Position numbers and translations under genes: made by a program
NCBI RefSeq assembly: GCF_002113885.1
Contig: NW_018408834.1
Span: 107,592-171,591, forward strand
Length of the DNA: 64,000 nucleotides
From: Mizuhopecten yessoensis
Lineage: Eukaryota
Direction: 5' to 3'
Notes under the pieces: generated by a model
Told to the model about the DNA's origin: nothing
The model's input: the letters and a program-made list of their open reading frames with translations, nothing else
Databases searched by the model: none
Shown: positions 23,776-37,039 of the stretch, piece by piece
Numbering within the stretch: the stretch's first letter is position 1
Layout: each line of letters opens with the position of its first letter

Positions 23776-26700
23776 ACAATAATATGAAGCCTTGAAGTGT
23801 AATGATAACTTGAGTTCACATCCTCAATTGTCATTTAAACATCCAGTCTTGATGTGAAAATGAAATAAAAGATTTAAAGTAAACAAGACTAGGAATGTAA
23901 CTATTTCACAAATGTCTAGTTAAGATCATTTCAATAAAAGACATGTTTCTGCCAGTATTCTTATCATGGGTTAAAATACATTTGTACTAGCAAAATATGC
24001 TGTTTGACGAAAAGACCTCAAAAAAATTACATATATCATTATGGATAATAAAACGGTTTACAATGAATCTCTTTGTATACATATAAAGATCAGAAATCAA
24101 GTGTTCAATTTTACTATGCAAAGTATTTTTAGAGGAAAACATGTTGCATGTTCTATGTTCTTGCCTACAATGATATTTTTGTATAATGTCTCAACTATGA
24201 TTTTCCTATTCAATCGAAATAATAATTTTGAAATATAATGTCTGCATATATGTACATATATTTTGTGACATTATTGCTGATTCTGTGTTTTAGTTTAACC
24301 AGTTTAACGTTTCATGCTTCGTACCTTGCATATACCTACGCTACCTTACCCATTGTATATACTTACCAGGTGTGATTTGTATTTGAGTTAAGGTTGTATG
24401 GTACCTTAGAATAAAACATATAATTTGTACTTGAGTTAAGGTCGTACATGTATGCTACCTTAGAATTATACGTATAATTTGTGAAACAACTTAAGGTGGT
24501 ATGCTACCAGCTGATACTCCCGGTGATCAGTAAGAGAGTTAAAGTCATATATGTTACCTTACATATTATACCTATGATTTGTTTTAGAACTTTTTCCCTT
24601 GAATGAAGTCAGGCATTGATGTTTCTGAATTATTGTAATGTCATCAATGAATTCAATTATAATAAAATAAAAATGTATCATTGATCCGTGCCAATTGCTT
24701 TTTACGATAGACCTGTAGTATGGTACTATCTTGGATGTAACAGTCAAGTAGCATATATCCTGAAGTTGTTAGAATTATAACAAATTAATAAAATATCTTA
24801 TATTCTTTTTATCATCTGATTCTGGAGAAAAAGGGGGATATTAATTTGGGTGCATCCGTTTGCCATGCATGTCTTCCGTGCCATAACCTCTTAAAATGGT
24901 TCATTTTCAATCAAATGAAGCCTGCATATTCATAATTGTATGTATCAAGCCAAGTTTGATTGACAGATCAATGCATATTTACACATAATGAATGAAGTTA
25001 CAATTTGATGCGTGAATAATTTAATTGGTTTACATGCAATAACTCCCCGAAAAATGTTTAATATTAACCAAATTTGTTTATGTATAATTGATGAGGCTTA
25101 TGACCTCTGGTTGGTTTCTGTTCAATAAATCCTCTTACAACTGATCAATTTCAACCAAATTCAACATGCAAATGCTGTTCACTTGGTGTCAAGAAACGCC
25201 CATGACTGTTTGCCAGTTTATACGTTTTTGATAATCATACATACAATTTCCTTAGAAAACTGGATATTTCCTCAGCATGTCTGCTTAAGATTCTCAATTG
25301 AATAGTATGTCTACACCAAATCGCAATAATGAACATTGTAACGTACACAGCAGGTCTTGCAAGCAAGGGATAGAATCAGAATTTGTTGATATGGCTTTGA
25401 CGTTTAATTTGATTATGTTCAGACATGTATATCAATAACAAACTAAAAGTAGTGTAAACGTTTAGGAAGGAAGTGTTATTTTTTCTAGGAAGCAGTTAAA
25501 AAAGATGTTCTAGTTGATGATGAGATGACATATAACAGCTTTTGAAATACTTCCAGAATAACCTAAAATATAATCAACAGTCATGTCTTGTTGGTGATCC
25601 TCTAGCTGGCTGTACATGTACATGAGGATCTCTTGGTACTGTGTTTTTTGCACCATCTTGCTGCTCTTGATATTTGTGCATGATTTGTTGTATTTTTTTA
25701 TCATTGGTTTCCATGTTTCTTTAGTAAGATTTTGTAAATTATATACCAAATTTTATTTTATTTTTAATGTAGACATTAATAATTGTATACATGAGTTAAC
25801 TGGTAGAGTGTCTGCTATTTGTAGAAGCATAAGATTTGGTGTCAGAATTTGAAATGGTTGACCATAAAATTTGCTTGTCAGAAGGAGTACCTGCATTTAT
25901 CTTGAATTGATTGCTTTATGTTGAACTTCCTATTAATATTAATTTTTTAATTTTAATTGCCTGGTACATATTGCTGATTTGTATTTAAAATTGCTTGATA
26001 TGTATGGACTACTTTGTATTTACTACAAAATGTATGAATAATTATATAACTCCTTTGTCATTTATGTATTGCTATATATGTATTATTTTTCCCACTTTTG
26101 TGAACATTTTTGTAATACTACGTTCATACCCTTTTACCTACAGCATGCTATTATATTTATTTTTACAATAATATCCAATTTATTTATCAATAATTTCTGC
26201 TTTCCATTATAGTTCAAACACAATGTCCCTATGTTTAAGTGAGTGACAAAAGAGAAATTTCAAAGAATTTTTGGATGCCCTTCTTTCATTTCAACAAATT
26301 TTATTAGATGGTACATTGTCCTTGAAAATATTGTTCAACACACTGACCCTATCAGTTCTCAGAGGTGCTTGTTCACTATCTAAAAAATGCTTTTTATGTT
26401 ATTCTCCTTTTCGTGAAGTTAGTTGTAATCTTTGTTTACCAAACAATAACAGTGGCACCATAGAGAAAGATCCTATTACATATAAAAGCAGGGTTTGCTT
26501 CCCCTCTATAAAAGTAGAGTAAGTCAGCCTGCCGGGATAACTGTAACAACATGTAGGGCCGCTGTACCAGTGTATGGTGAACAAGTATGAAATGGAAAGA
26601 AAAGCTTTTACACAACAGCTCTGAGACTTGTACGAATTGTATGTTAAATTTGATGTTGAATATTTTGGGTCATTAAAGACCGCTACTATAGCTGTACAAT

Positions 26701-28792
26701 ATGTTTACTGAAATGTTGTATTCATAGTTTGGGTAAATAGCAGTATTTAGAATTTTTATATCAGACATCATACAATGTGGATAACTAAAGCACAACCTTA
26801 TTGCTGACAAAGTGCAGGTCACAAGGATGACATTTGATGATAAGATGAAAGTCATAATAATGACATCATTTTTGACAATGTGAAGGTCACAGTTATTACC
26901 TTTAGCCCGAGGTCCTCTGATTCTTATAGATGTCTACACCAGACATCTATTATTACCTAATACTTGTGTAAAATAACCTTGTGTTAAGTGACTTCGGACT
27001 TCTGTGTTGTGCGAGAAACAATAGATCTAACTTGTGATAGACGATTTTGACTTGTATCCATTCTAACTAGTATAGTCTACATGCAGCAGTGATGCTGAAT
27101 CTTGTAGGTATAATATTTGATAACTCGGTCGAATGGATTCAAATCAGAATCGTCCCTCACTGGATATTATCTATACACAAGAATATATATTTATAAACTT
27201 CAGTGTTTTATTTGAAACGTTATACCACGGAATTAGATTAGGTCTAAGTCCGTGGTTATACCTTCAAGACAAAAACAAACAATTACATGAATGTAGGATA
27301 TACAGTGTATTAAATTTGTCAATACTATATTATAGCTAGTAGTTGTTAAAACACATTAAATAATGTCCATTTAGATTTATACTTATTTATTGTAAGTCTA
27401 TGGTGTGTTAAATCAGAACACATATAACAAGTATGCTTTGATAGAACTGTATAACAAACATACCGTATGAGAATTATATAGCAATAACTTTATGGAACAG
27501 GGTAAAAATATAATTATCTGTACCTCTAGCAGTTATACGTACATATTATAAGCTATAGCATGCTGAAGTCATTCTGATTTGTAAATACTAGTCGTAACTT
27601 AAACAAGAGTTGTTCAGTCGTCTTTGTTTCCTAGTTTATGTATTAACTGTAGTAGTTTAACCCAAAGATGGGCCAGATACACCTCCTAACTCAAACATGT
27701 TGTTTATCCTGGCTGTTTCCCTGTATAAACTTTGTTGACCCAAACGAAAATGAAATTACACCTGCTAACTCAAAGAGGTACTGGTAATGTGGTCCTAACA
27801 GTTTCCGTGTTTTTCATTCCAAAACTCTAATATATAATTTACCTGGTTTTCAAATAATGAATGAAAAAATGTGCAATATGTGAAATTTGTGAACAAAATA
27901 ACTGCATTTTTTTTTTAGATTTAAACTACAATGCAGGACATGTTTACAGTCGGGTTGGTATAATCTATTTTGTTAATATGTTTATGAATTACAAATTTTG
28001 AAGTTTAATCCACTAGTGTTTAACGTATATTGTAGGAAATTTCCTGTATCATTATCTTCTACCTCTCATTTATCTAGATTATATCTCCCTTTTTTTATAC
28101 AAATCCAGTTACCATTGGTATTGTCAAGTTTGAGTTTTGCTTAACAAAGGCTTTCTTGATATCTATTGTTAATTTAAACAGTAATTTTACTTTATTAAGA
28201 CATGACATTGTTTACTAAATACAGATACGTCCAATTGAACATTATTGTGATAAAACGTTGACATAAATCATATAATTACTATTTGTTCTCAATTCCTTTT
28301 ATAAGAATTAAATGGAAGATTTACACAAACATTGCATTGTGATTTAAATACTATTATATAACCTGTGTTTGAGAGTTGAGCCCATCATTACTAGGAGTTT
28401 TATTGGTATTTTGCTATGGAATGTATAACAGATATATATATCCCATGCTTGGATGAAGGGCATCTAATTTCTTTGTTCATAAGCTTCTTTAATAAAAAGT
28501 TACAATTTTCTTACGTCTTGCTTCTGATTTCATCGTTAACAAATTATCAGGAGGTACTGTACAGTATCATATGAAGGATCTGTATAAGGAGACAATAATT
28601 TGACATTAGTAATTCACATACTTTGTTTAAATTATAAGACCCAGTAGTAAAATATGTAAAGAACCATGAGTGAAGTAGAATTCTGCATTTACCCATACTC
28701 ATGTGAATGTCACACAATTGAAAGTCTTTAAGAGAAGAATTATATATAGGTTAAATTGTTTTTGTCCAATAAAATTTGTTGGAATAAAAAAA

Positions 28793-29030
28793 TGTCACAA
28801 AATCTGTAGTCTAGACATTTTACTTATAATCATGTGTATGTCACACAATCTGTAGTCTAGACATTTTACTAATAATCCTGTGAATGTCGCACAATCTGTA
28901 GTCCAGACATTTTACTTATAATCCTGTGTATGTTGCACAATCTGTAGTCTAGACATTTTATAATCCTTTGTATGTTGTACAATCTGTAGTCTAGACATTT
29001 TACTTAAATCATCCTGTGCATGTCACACAT
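28793..29030. repeat. 46-bp minisatellite, about 5 copies, downstream of the TRIM-like ORF
   Basis: Unit TGTCACACAATCTGTAGTCTAGACATTTTACTTATAATCCTGTGTA. Confidence 0.9.
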
Positions 29031-29144
29031 CTTTAAATGTAAATGATTGGTAATCATGATAAGTTTCTTTTGTCTCTGATTCCCATGTCATTGTCATGGT
29101 TACTAGATATACTAGTTGTTTGGTTACAGCCGTCACACATGGCT

Positions 29145-30728
29145 TTACTGTAGTAGTTTGACTTTCTTACCCGGTTCCCCAAACGCTACCCATAAAACAT
29201 CCTCCCTGTCTATACCTACAGCCCATGTATAGTCTGGGTCAGTGTGTATGACCCTGAGGGACTCGCCACCTCCACTGATGAGTAGGACCCTGTTGTTGTT
29301 ACAGTCCCCTATGATCAGGTTCCCCACACTGTCATACACCACACCACAGGGGTTAAATGGTTCACCTCTTGGTTGTGGTGTTGGTTGATATCTACTGATG
29401 GGGATGTCACCTCTAGATCTATATACAAATTGTTCCTTGAAATCAGAGTTCATGACAACAACACCTCGTTTTCCATCACCACCATCTGTTTCACTACTGA
29501 AATCAGCGACTGCCACATTGTGAGTGACAGGACACTCCGAGATGCTGCGTGGTGTACACACTAATGGTTTCTCAGTCTCTTTAGCCATAGTAGTAGACAC
29601 CATTTTACCATTTGTGGTAAATTTAGAGAATTTGGAGATGTGTTTGGTCATCCCTACAATGACATGGTTACTGGCTGCAACACATATACACCAGGGTTCC
29701 TCCTTGGTACTGAATCTGTGTGTCAGTCGTCCCGATACCAGCTCTGTGATGTTGTTGTTATGATCACAGACCCACAGTGTGTGTGTGGTGGGCGACAGAC
29801 TGATATCATTGATACAGACATTGTGTGTGACCTCCTGTATTACTTTGCCCTTCCTGTCAAGGAGAGTTAATTTGTTTCTGTACTGGGTCCACACCTGACC
29901 ATCAGTGGTGGGACATATAGAATAAATGGCACATGGAGACTTCCACTCCTCCACCACCTTGGTCTGTGGCAGTAGTTTGTACGTTGTCACTGCTTTCTTC
30001 CCTTTTGCTCCTGACCATTCTTGTGTAGAGGATCGTCCTTGATCATCTGACCAATACTGGTCAAAAGTTTGACCTTGACCTGAAGTGATAACTTTTCCCA
30101 AGGCTTCGTTCAAGTGATCTTGAGGATTTTCATTCTGAGTGAAGTTGGCAGTACCCAGGACAGGTTTTACAGGGAGACTTTGTGTAGGAGAATGGATCTC
30201 ACAAAATGCATCATAAACCTGTATATGAGAACCAAGCTGGAGAGCTGCTTTACATTCCTGAATTTGCTGTTTGAGTTGTTTCTCATACATCTTCAGGTCC
30301 TGTTTGTATTTCTTTATCAGCTTGGTATTATCCTCTTCCATTTTGTGATAGAGAGAGAGTGTCTGTGCTGTAAGTATGTCCAGCTCTTGTTTTAATTTAT
30401 TCGTTTGCATTTTTAACTTTTGTGACAGCTTCTCAAAACTACTGGCATTGTCTTTAAGGAGCGTATCAGTAGAGTTGATGTATTTCCCAATTTGCACAAG
30501 GTCATTTTTTTCTGTTCTGTCTATAAAGTTTCTTATGTCTGGTTCTTTCTGAGAAGTGATTTCACTGAGCTCACAAACTGCATGGATTTTGTGAATAGAA
30601 GAAAGGCATTTTGGACAAATCGGTTCCCGACATTTTTCACAATAAAATTCTAATCTTCTCCCATTGTGGTGAATACATGTAGTTTGACCTTCGATACGGA
30701 GAGGCATTTGGCTATTAGGGGTTGCCAT
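29145..30728 (-). CDS. RING-less TRIM-like protein (B-box2, coiled coil, NHL/beta-propeller), 527 aa, single coding exon
   Basis: CIHH..LEFYCEKCREPICPKCLSSIHKIH B-box, a heptad-rich coiled coil, and a C-terminal propeller (FNPCGVVYDSVGNLIIGDCNNNRVLLI). Kozak AAAATGG with an acceptor TTTAG just upstream. Typical of expanded bivalve TRIM-like families. Confidence 0.9.
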   Translation of the reverse strand: MATPNSQMPLRIEGQTTCIHHNGRRLEFYCEKCREPICPKCLSSIHKIHAVCELSEITSQKEPDIRNFIDRTEKNDLVQIGKYINSTDTLLKDNASSFEKLSQKLKMQTNKLKQELDILTAQTLSLYHKMEEDNTKLIKKYKQDLKMYEKQLKQQIQECKAALQLGSHIQVYDAFCEIHSPTQSLPVKPVLGTANFTQNENPQDHLNEALGKVITSGQGQTFDQYWSDDQGRSSTQEWSGAKGKKAVTTYKLLPQTKVVEEWKSPCAIYSICPTTDGQVWTQYRNKLTLLDRKGKVIQEVTHNVCINDISLSPTTHTLWVCDHNNNITELVSGRLTHRFSTKEEPWCICVAASNHVIVGMTKHISKFSKFTTNGKMVSTTMAKETEKPLVCTPRSISECPVTHNVAVADFSSETDGGDGKRGVVVMNSDFKEQFVYRSRGDIPISRYQPTPQPRGEPFNPCGVVYDSVGNLIIGDCNNNRVLLISGGGESLRVIHTDPDYTWAVGIDREDVLWVAFGEPGKKVKLLQ

Positions 30729-31908
30729 TTTGATGAAGAGCTAAATTATTTGTTGAAATCTTGCAAGATGTTTGCTGTTCTTGTATAAATATATTGTTAT
30801 CAGTTAACACTCGCAAATAAATACATGTAAAAACATGAAAACTGGACTAATAACTGTCCATTCCAGTAGTATATAATTGCAAAGTAATGCAAAACATTAT
30901 AGAATAACTACCTTATGATCACCGTCGCATGGCTACTGTGATGATGGATCCAGTTCCACACTTCTCAATGTTCACTAACTTTAATTTGTCCATATTTATT
31001 CAGCATTTGTAGTCACAATCACATGATGAATTTCCGTCTTACTTTGTTGATAAATCTGTCATTTTCCTGCTGACATTGTATGTTTTATCAGAACTTGAGT
31101 ATGTTCAGCGGAATTTGACAATGCTGCTGACTATTTAGTAATAACAACAAATTTCTGCGCTGGATACCATCAATGCACAAGACCTGCAGTTGTACGTAGT
31201 AAATAACTTCCCCGTTGCGCGAGGTTACCAACAGATATACAGTGATAATAAAGAAATAGATAGTAAAGTAGGTCAGTGGAGGTTGTGTTTTAAAGCCATA
31301 GCATTTACATACCTGGTGTGTTTGTCTAAACGCTATGTAAAATCAATAATGTGATTCCTGTTCCTTGGGTAGGTACACCGGTGTATTTGGCAACATGACA
31401 TACCAGTTCTGTGGGTAGATATACCTATATATTGGGTTACTAAGATATACCACAATAACACCATATATGACGACTCCAGCACACATGCAGGCATTCATAC
31501 ATAGGGAGATATTAGCCAGGTGGCAAATGGGCTATTAGTTAGTGACTGAAAATTGTATTGATTAATGTATATGCTAATTTTATCGATTGTATAGATTATA
31601 TATCCATGTACCAGGAAGTGCTCAAGAGTGGCTTATTCTAGCTAGATAAGGCGCTATATCAAATAATTATACCGGGTAGTAAAAAAAATTTAGAATACTA
31701 CTACTACATTGTACTGAAGTAGAATTCCACATTTCGTAGTTGAATTTAACTTATTACATGTATTTGACTTCAATTAGCAGTACCATGCATGAATAATAAT
31801 TTTCAGACATAACGCATAGGGCATAGATTTTGATCTTTATGTAGAGCACATTGACTAAAGTAATAAGATTCATATGTATTTTGACATTGACTCCAGCAGT
31901 ACATAATT

Positions 31909-32265
31909 CATCCCCGATATCCAGGCGTTACGCTCACTTTCGCTCTCTGCACCCCTGGAATATGTCATGGCAAAATTGAAGGCAGGAAGATAGCTGTTCG
32001 ATTTGTCTCGGGTAAAAAAACCTCACCAATCGCTAGGCTGATACCTTTCCTTTGAAGATTACAAAGGAGAGACGCCCAACTTCAAAGCCCGTTAATTTTT
32101 ACCTATGACCGCCAGATTCTTTTGATGTACATCAAAGGATCGAACTAGTCTTCTCGTCTCATCAACAAGGTGGCGCACACCGAGCCTTCAATTTTTCCAT
32201 GACATATTCCAGGGCCCAGGGGTGTAGAGAGCGAAAGTGAACGTAACCCCTGGATATCGAGGATG
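31909..32265. mobile_element. MITE with about 75-bp TIRs and a 9-bp TSD (Mutator-like signature)
   Basis: CATCCCCGATATCCAGGCGTTACGCTCACTTTCGCTCTCT.. / ..AGAGAGCGAAAGTGAACGTAACCCCTGGATATCGAGGATG, flanked by TACATAATT / TACAGAATT. Confidence 0.85.
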
Positions 32266-33204
32266 TACAGAATTTGACCCTTATGTTATTCTCATTGATG
32301 TCAAGAGTTAGACTATGGCTTGACCTCGGTAGGCAAATTCTATTTTATCATTCCTTTACTGATACAGTAAAAGTTTTCACTCTTTTAGTCCTTTTCATTT
32401 TGAGACTGCTTAGAAAACATGATGGCTACTAGGTAACCATCTTAAAAAGGACTTAGGCAGTTCATGATTTTTATATTTCCCCAAATTAACTTGCAGGTCT
32501 TTCTGAAAAATCATCTGTTGGTTCCAATCAGTTCTTAGTTGTGCCTGTATTTTTCTATATTGATGGAAAAAGATGTTTTTTTTAATTTTGAAAGTTCAGA
32601 TTTGTCATGTTTTTCCTTTGACCTTTAACACAAGGTTAAAATTTAAATAGATTTGCACTGCTGACCCACCACCTTAATAGTCATTAACATAAGGAAACAT
32701 CATAACTTATTGTTCTGTGAATATTGCAGTCCAAGCTATACCTGCTTCAAACTAACATGTTGGATCTGTATTTTTAAGTATTCAGTTGAAATATGTCTGT
32801 TAGCAGTTTTGGTCTACATTTAACTCAACCAAGATACATTGTGTATGTTAGAGTATAAATAAAATATCAAAGTGTCATGATTCTAGACCTTATGGTTATC
32901 CAAATGTTAAGTTCTTAATAGACTTGAGACCTCCAAGCTTCAAATTAGGTCAAGGTCAGCAAAATCAGAAGGATTAATATTGGAATGGTTTCAATGGTGA
33001 ATAATCCAAATTTAGGAAATGAGGAGTACACAGAAATAAAAGACTAATGGATGATGAGATTATCTTCTGAAACAGAAGTGTGGACGGACGGATGGAACAC
33101 CATGATCACTATAGGGCACCCTCACCTCTAACGTGGGAGCCCGAATTAAAAACAAAAATTATTTTAGATTTTTATTTTTTTTAATGTACATACATGGCAG
33201 AGAA

Positions 33205-36200
33205 TTAAACACTGGATGGGTACAGCATCTGAAAAGAGAAGAAAACCATCATCAGTAACATTACAGGTATTTAACATTATGTTCTAGAACAAGTTATTTA
33301 AAATACTGACCAAATCTTTCTATTGATTAAGTATTGATATATGTGAATATTTCTGAGACCTGTTTGAGCATTTAACATAAACATTCAACACAATTGTAAA
33401 CATTTTTCATAAAGTAATTGTAGGTGCTTGCATATTAGCCACCTAATAGGGTAATTATTAGAATGGGAGTATTTTTTCAACATTTGTCACTTAATAAATT
33501 GCAACTAAGAACCGAGTTCTGATTGAATATTTATAATCTTGGAACAGTCTGAAACATTCTAATAGATCTATTGAATGTAAGCAGTCTTTGTTGATATGCA
33601 GTATCAAACACTTTTCTACTAAAGCACACCAATAAATTTAAAATTATAATCTTGAACTACTTTCACTTTTTTGGGGAAATGTACCCGTGACTTTGGACTT
33701 GGAAAGCTGCGTGTCAAGATATTTTTAAATCCAAAAAGGAAAGTTTCAGAATTTCAATAAATTAGATGATTTCAAAAGAATTCGGGGAAATTTACCACTA
33801 TGTCCAAAGGGAGTATGGCCAAAATAAGACTACAAAACAAACTAGCAGTCTATGTGCTTCAACCGTTAAAACTTAAAACTTTGAACAATCATTCTTATTC
33901 CACATTAGTGTATACTTACAATTCTGATCCTGCGACCCATGGCAGTGGCTGGCAAATTCTTCCTGAACTTGGCTCTTACAGATCCGCTGTTACCGTGTGG
34001 TCGTGTGACCTTCCCCCAGACAACACGGATACGGCTAGCATTTTCATGACCGGGACATGCAGTCTTCCTGCAAAATCAACAATAATGTGGCATAAAATCT
34101 AGAAGGTTATCACTGTGACACACCATGTTATTCCATCCGAATAAGTTAGGGTAATATATTATAAATAAAAGTTTTTTTATAGAAGAAAATATGTATCTAT
34201 TTGTGAATGTGATAAAAGATCCTTTATTGTCAGGCTTACAAAATGTTATTTTCGGATAGTGGATTATTATATCCGTGTCTACTAATACTAACTGCAGGCA
34301 AGTAACTGGGGAAAAACCTTGAACACCCCTGACCGGTATGGGTATTTGTTACAAATGGTTTGTAGACGACTGTTTAGTTCCAAGCTTGGCTTTAAACTCT
34401 TAACATCTTCTATATCCACTTTCGGGTAAAACTTTGCAATCTAATATATTCACTATTAGATTTACCTACAAATATTTTGCGTATGTATATACTATTAGAT
34501 TTACCTACTTACAAGTACTTTGCGATCTAATATGTATACACTATTAGATTCACCTACAAGTAAGCATCCTACAAATCTATGTTCTAGTATGTGACTGTAC
34601 CTAAGACATAAATATTTGCAGAGCTCAACAAAAATCTGAATGCAATTTGTAACTGTATTACATTAACTTTAATAACCTCTACCATAAATGGATCTGGATG
34701 ATTCCATTACGGTCTACAGTGTTGAAAGGGTTAAGCAATCCAAAACAAGAGCATGGAAGATTTTATGATATATTTCTTTAAAATGATAAATATATTGATC
34801 ATTGGTTACTGTTCAGTAAATATTAACCAATGATTGATCATAAAAATCTCAAACGATTCCCACCACTACAGTTAAGGTAATGAATCGGACATGTTTTACA
34901 AACCTCTTTGCCTTGTACACATATGCACATCTCTTTCCAAGGTAAAACCTGGTATCCTTGAGGTTAGTCACACCTTCAATCTTCAGAAGAGCTGTGTTTT
35001 CATGCTGATTTCTTAAACCTCGCTTGAAGCCAGTGAACACAGCTTTGGAGTAAAGCCTGGAAGATAATCATTGTAAGTTAACCCAAGCGAGATTTGTTTA
35101 TTCAGGAAAGGAAAAATGCTTGGTCAGAGTAAGATTGGAACATGGGACTAGGGCTTCAACGGAAAGAAAAAATGCCACAGAGATAATCTTGTGTGCTTAT
35201 CCAAACTGAAACTGGGTAACCATGTTTTTTTGTGCAAGGAAATATTAACAGCAACGGAATTTAATTTTCGATCAAAATAGAGGCATCACAATCCACTGTA
35301 CCATGATTATTTATGTTCGATTTGATTCACAATGCATTTTTCCGGATTTTCGGTGCGTTACAATCTGGATATTAGTGTATGCCACTTCGGCCAAAATGTC
35401 TGCGAGAAGTTCTATTTCATTGACTGATCTCTAAACCCTCAACCAATAGGCTGCGAGGAAGCATTTTTTCGAAGAATTCATAACAAAATGGCAGACTGCC
35501 GAAAGGAATTGAAAATTTGTGATGCTCCAGCAAGCTTCAAATCAAAAGTGGAAACACTGCAGGTTTCCGTGTATCAACGGCTTATATATCTCATTTTTTA
35601 TAATTTAAAATAAAGGTGTATCGAATCGAAATAATCGAATCGTGGTACAAATATCGAGATACGTATCGAATCGTGGCTAAAGTGTATCGTGACAGCTCTA
35701 GATAAAAATATCATTACTTAATTCATGAAATGCTGATCAATATGCCTTGTGTATACTTTGTTCAACAGAATGTCAGTCGATATCATACTTCTATTCAAAG
35801 TTTATTGTTTACATGCAATCAATAGTAAAACAACTATACTGATCACAAGTGTTTTCGAGGTCTGTCAAATAGCAATCATGAGCGACATTTCTGCTCGGGA
35901 AAATAAAAAATATTGACCTACATTTTGGGACAGTTTTGGGTCTTGTACATGTATCTTGCACTTAATGCAGACTCAGGGGTTTGTTACAAATGTATGAAAT
36001 ACACATGCTATACTGTATTTCAGACATTTGTAAATTGAACCCCTGTGGTGTAGGTTAGGAAGGCAACTTAACTTAATCTTCAACCAAAGTTTTCATCAGA
36101 CTGGTGTTTTTTCAACAACCTGCAGCAGTAATTAGGGCAAACACTTTTCCTGACCACATGTGAGCCATATTGGGCACAATCATGTCGGATTATAAATAAA

Positions 36201-36321
36201 ATAGTTGACCAACAGTCTCCAGTACCGTATGCAGACCCCAGATTTGGACACGACTATGTTCCGGAAATACATACCTCCCAGACTTCTTCTGTGGGTTAGC
36301 AGTTTGGTTGGCCTCTGCCAT
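33205..36321 (-). CDS. RPL35A: 60S ribosomal protein L35a (eL33), 123 aa
   Basis: Coding exons (-) 36321-36275, 35056-34904, 34067-33920 and 33228-33205 give [45 protein letters not shown]...[11 protein letters not shown]...[49 protein letters not shown] lies at 33176-33171. Confidence 0.97.
35250..35700. mobile_element. hAT-like non-autonomous DNA element remnant in RPL35A intron
   Basis: One end reads TAGAGCTGTCACGATACAC on the minus strand with TCGAATCG subterminal repeats. The other end is not clearly resolved. Confidence 0.45.
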
Positions 36322-36892
36322 TATGAGCAGATCTGCAAAATCACAAAATATTCAAATTTCATTAAATTAAAGAGCATCAAAACTCTGACGATGAACGCAA
36401 TTAATTCGCTTTACAAATGCGAATAAATTGTAACGTGGAATTGCTAGCTCAAGTTGATTTCAGTCGGGATACCCTTAAAGACAATTTGTTCATTACTAGC
36501 TTGCAGGCCTCTTGTTCATTACTAGCTTGCAGGGAGGCCAGTGTTCGATTTTAAACGTGTTCCGTATGAGCTAGGAATGAGATGCCCCGTGTAATGAGCG
36601 TGGAGGTGGTTAGATAAACTGTTAACAAAGTGACAATATCATAATGGTACCGGGTATTTATACTTTCACACATGAAAACATACTAAATGCACGAAATTTC
36701 TTCTGTCAACATGAGAAGCATCGATGACCAATCTATCAATATCGTAACTAATATAGTTCATCAAATACAACAAAATGGCAACATGTGTAATTGTGTTATT
36801 GTTTAAGACGAACAGTTGAAATTCGTGTACGCAGACATCCCTATGTTGATGTAAACAATAATTTATTTTGGTTCATATGAACAAATCAGCAC

Positions 36893-37039
36893 CTTGTAAT
36901 CGTGATGGCCGAAAAAGGAAGCGGAAATGAGTCTTCGCCGGAACTTCCGTTTCACATGCGCATGTGTCATAGCAACAATAAACAATATGGAGTATCGCCT
37001 GTAAATTTATTTTCACTGTGAAAATTGCATTATAAACAG
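36893..37039. promoter_or_regulatory. Bidirectional RPL35A/IQCG promoter with both non-coding first exons
   Basis: Minus strand: TCT/5'TOP tract CTTCCTTTTTC (36921-36911) then AAG|GTGCTG donor at 36893. Centre: ETS sites GCGGAAAT and CCGGAACTTCCG, palindrome CACATGCGCATGTG (NRF1-like), X-box-like GTGTCATAGCAAC (36964-36976) and forkhead ATAAACA. Plus strand: donor CAG|GTGAGT at 37039. Confidence 0.85.

Noticed and set aside
29373-30395. Four plus-strand ORFs
   Set aside because: They are antisense shadows of the TRIM-like CDS.
36018-36100. Possible C/D snoRNA in an RPL35A intron (CTGATGA...CTGA on the minus strand)
   Set aside because: Non-consensus C box, no terminal stem and no recognisable rRNA guide. 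A snoscan or Infernal run would be needed.
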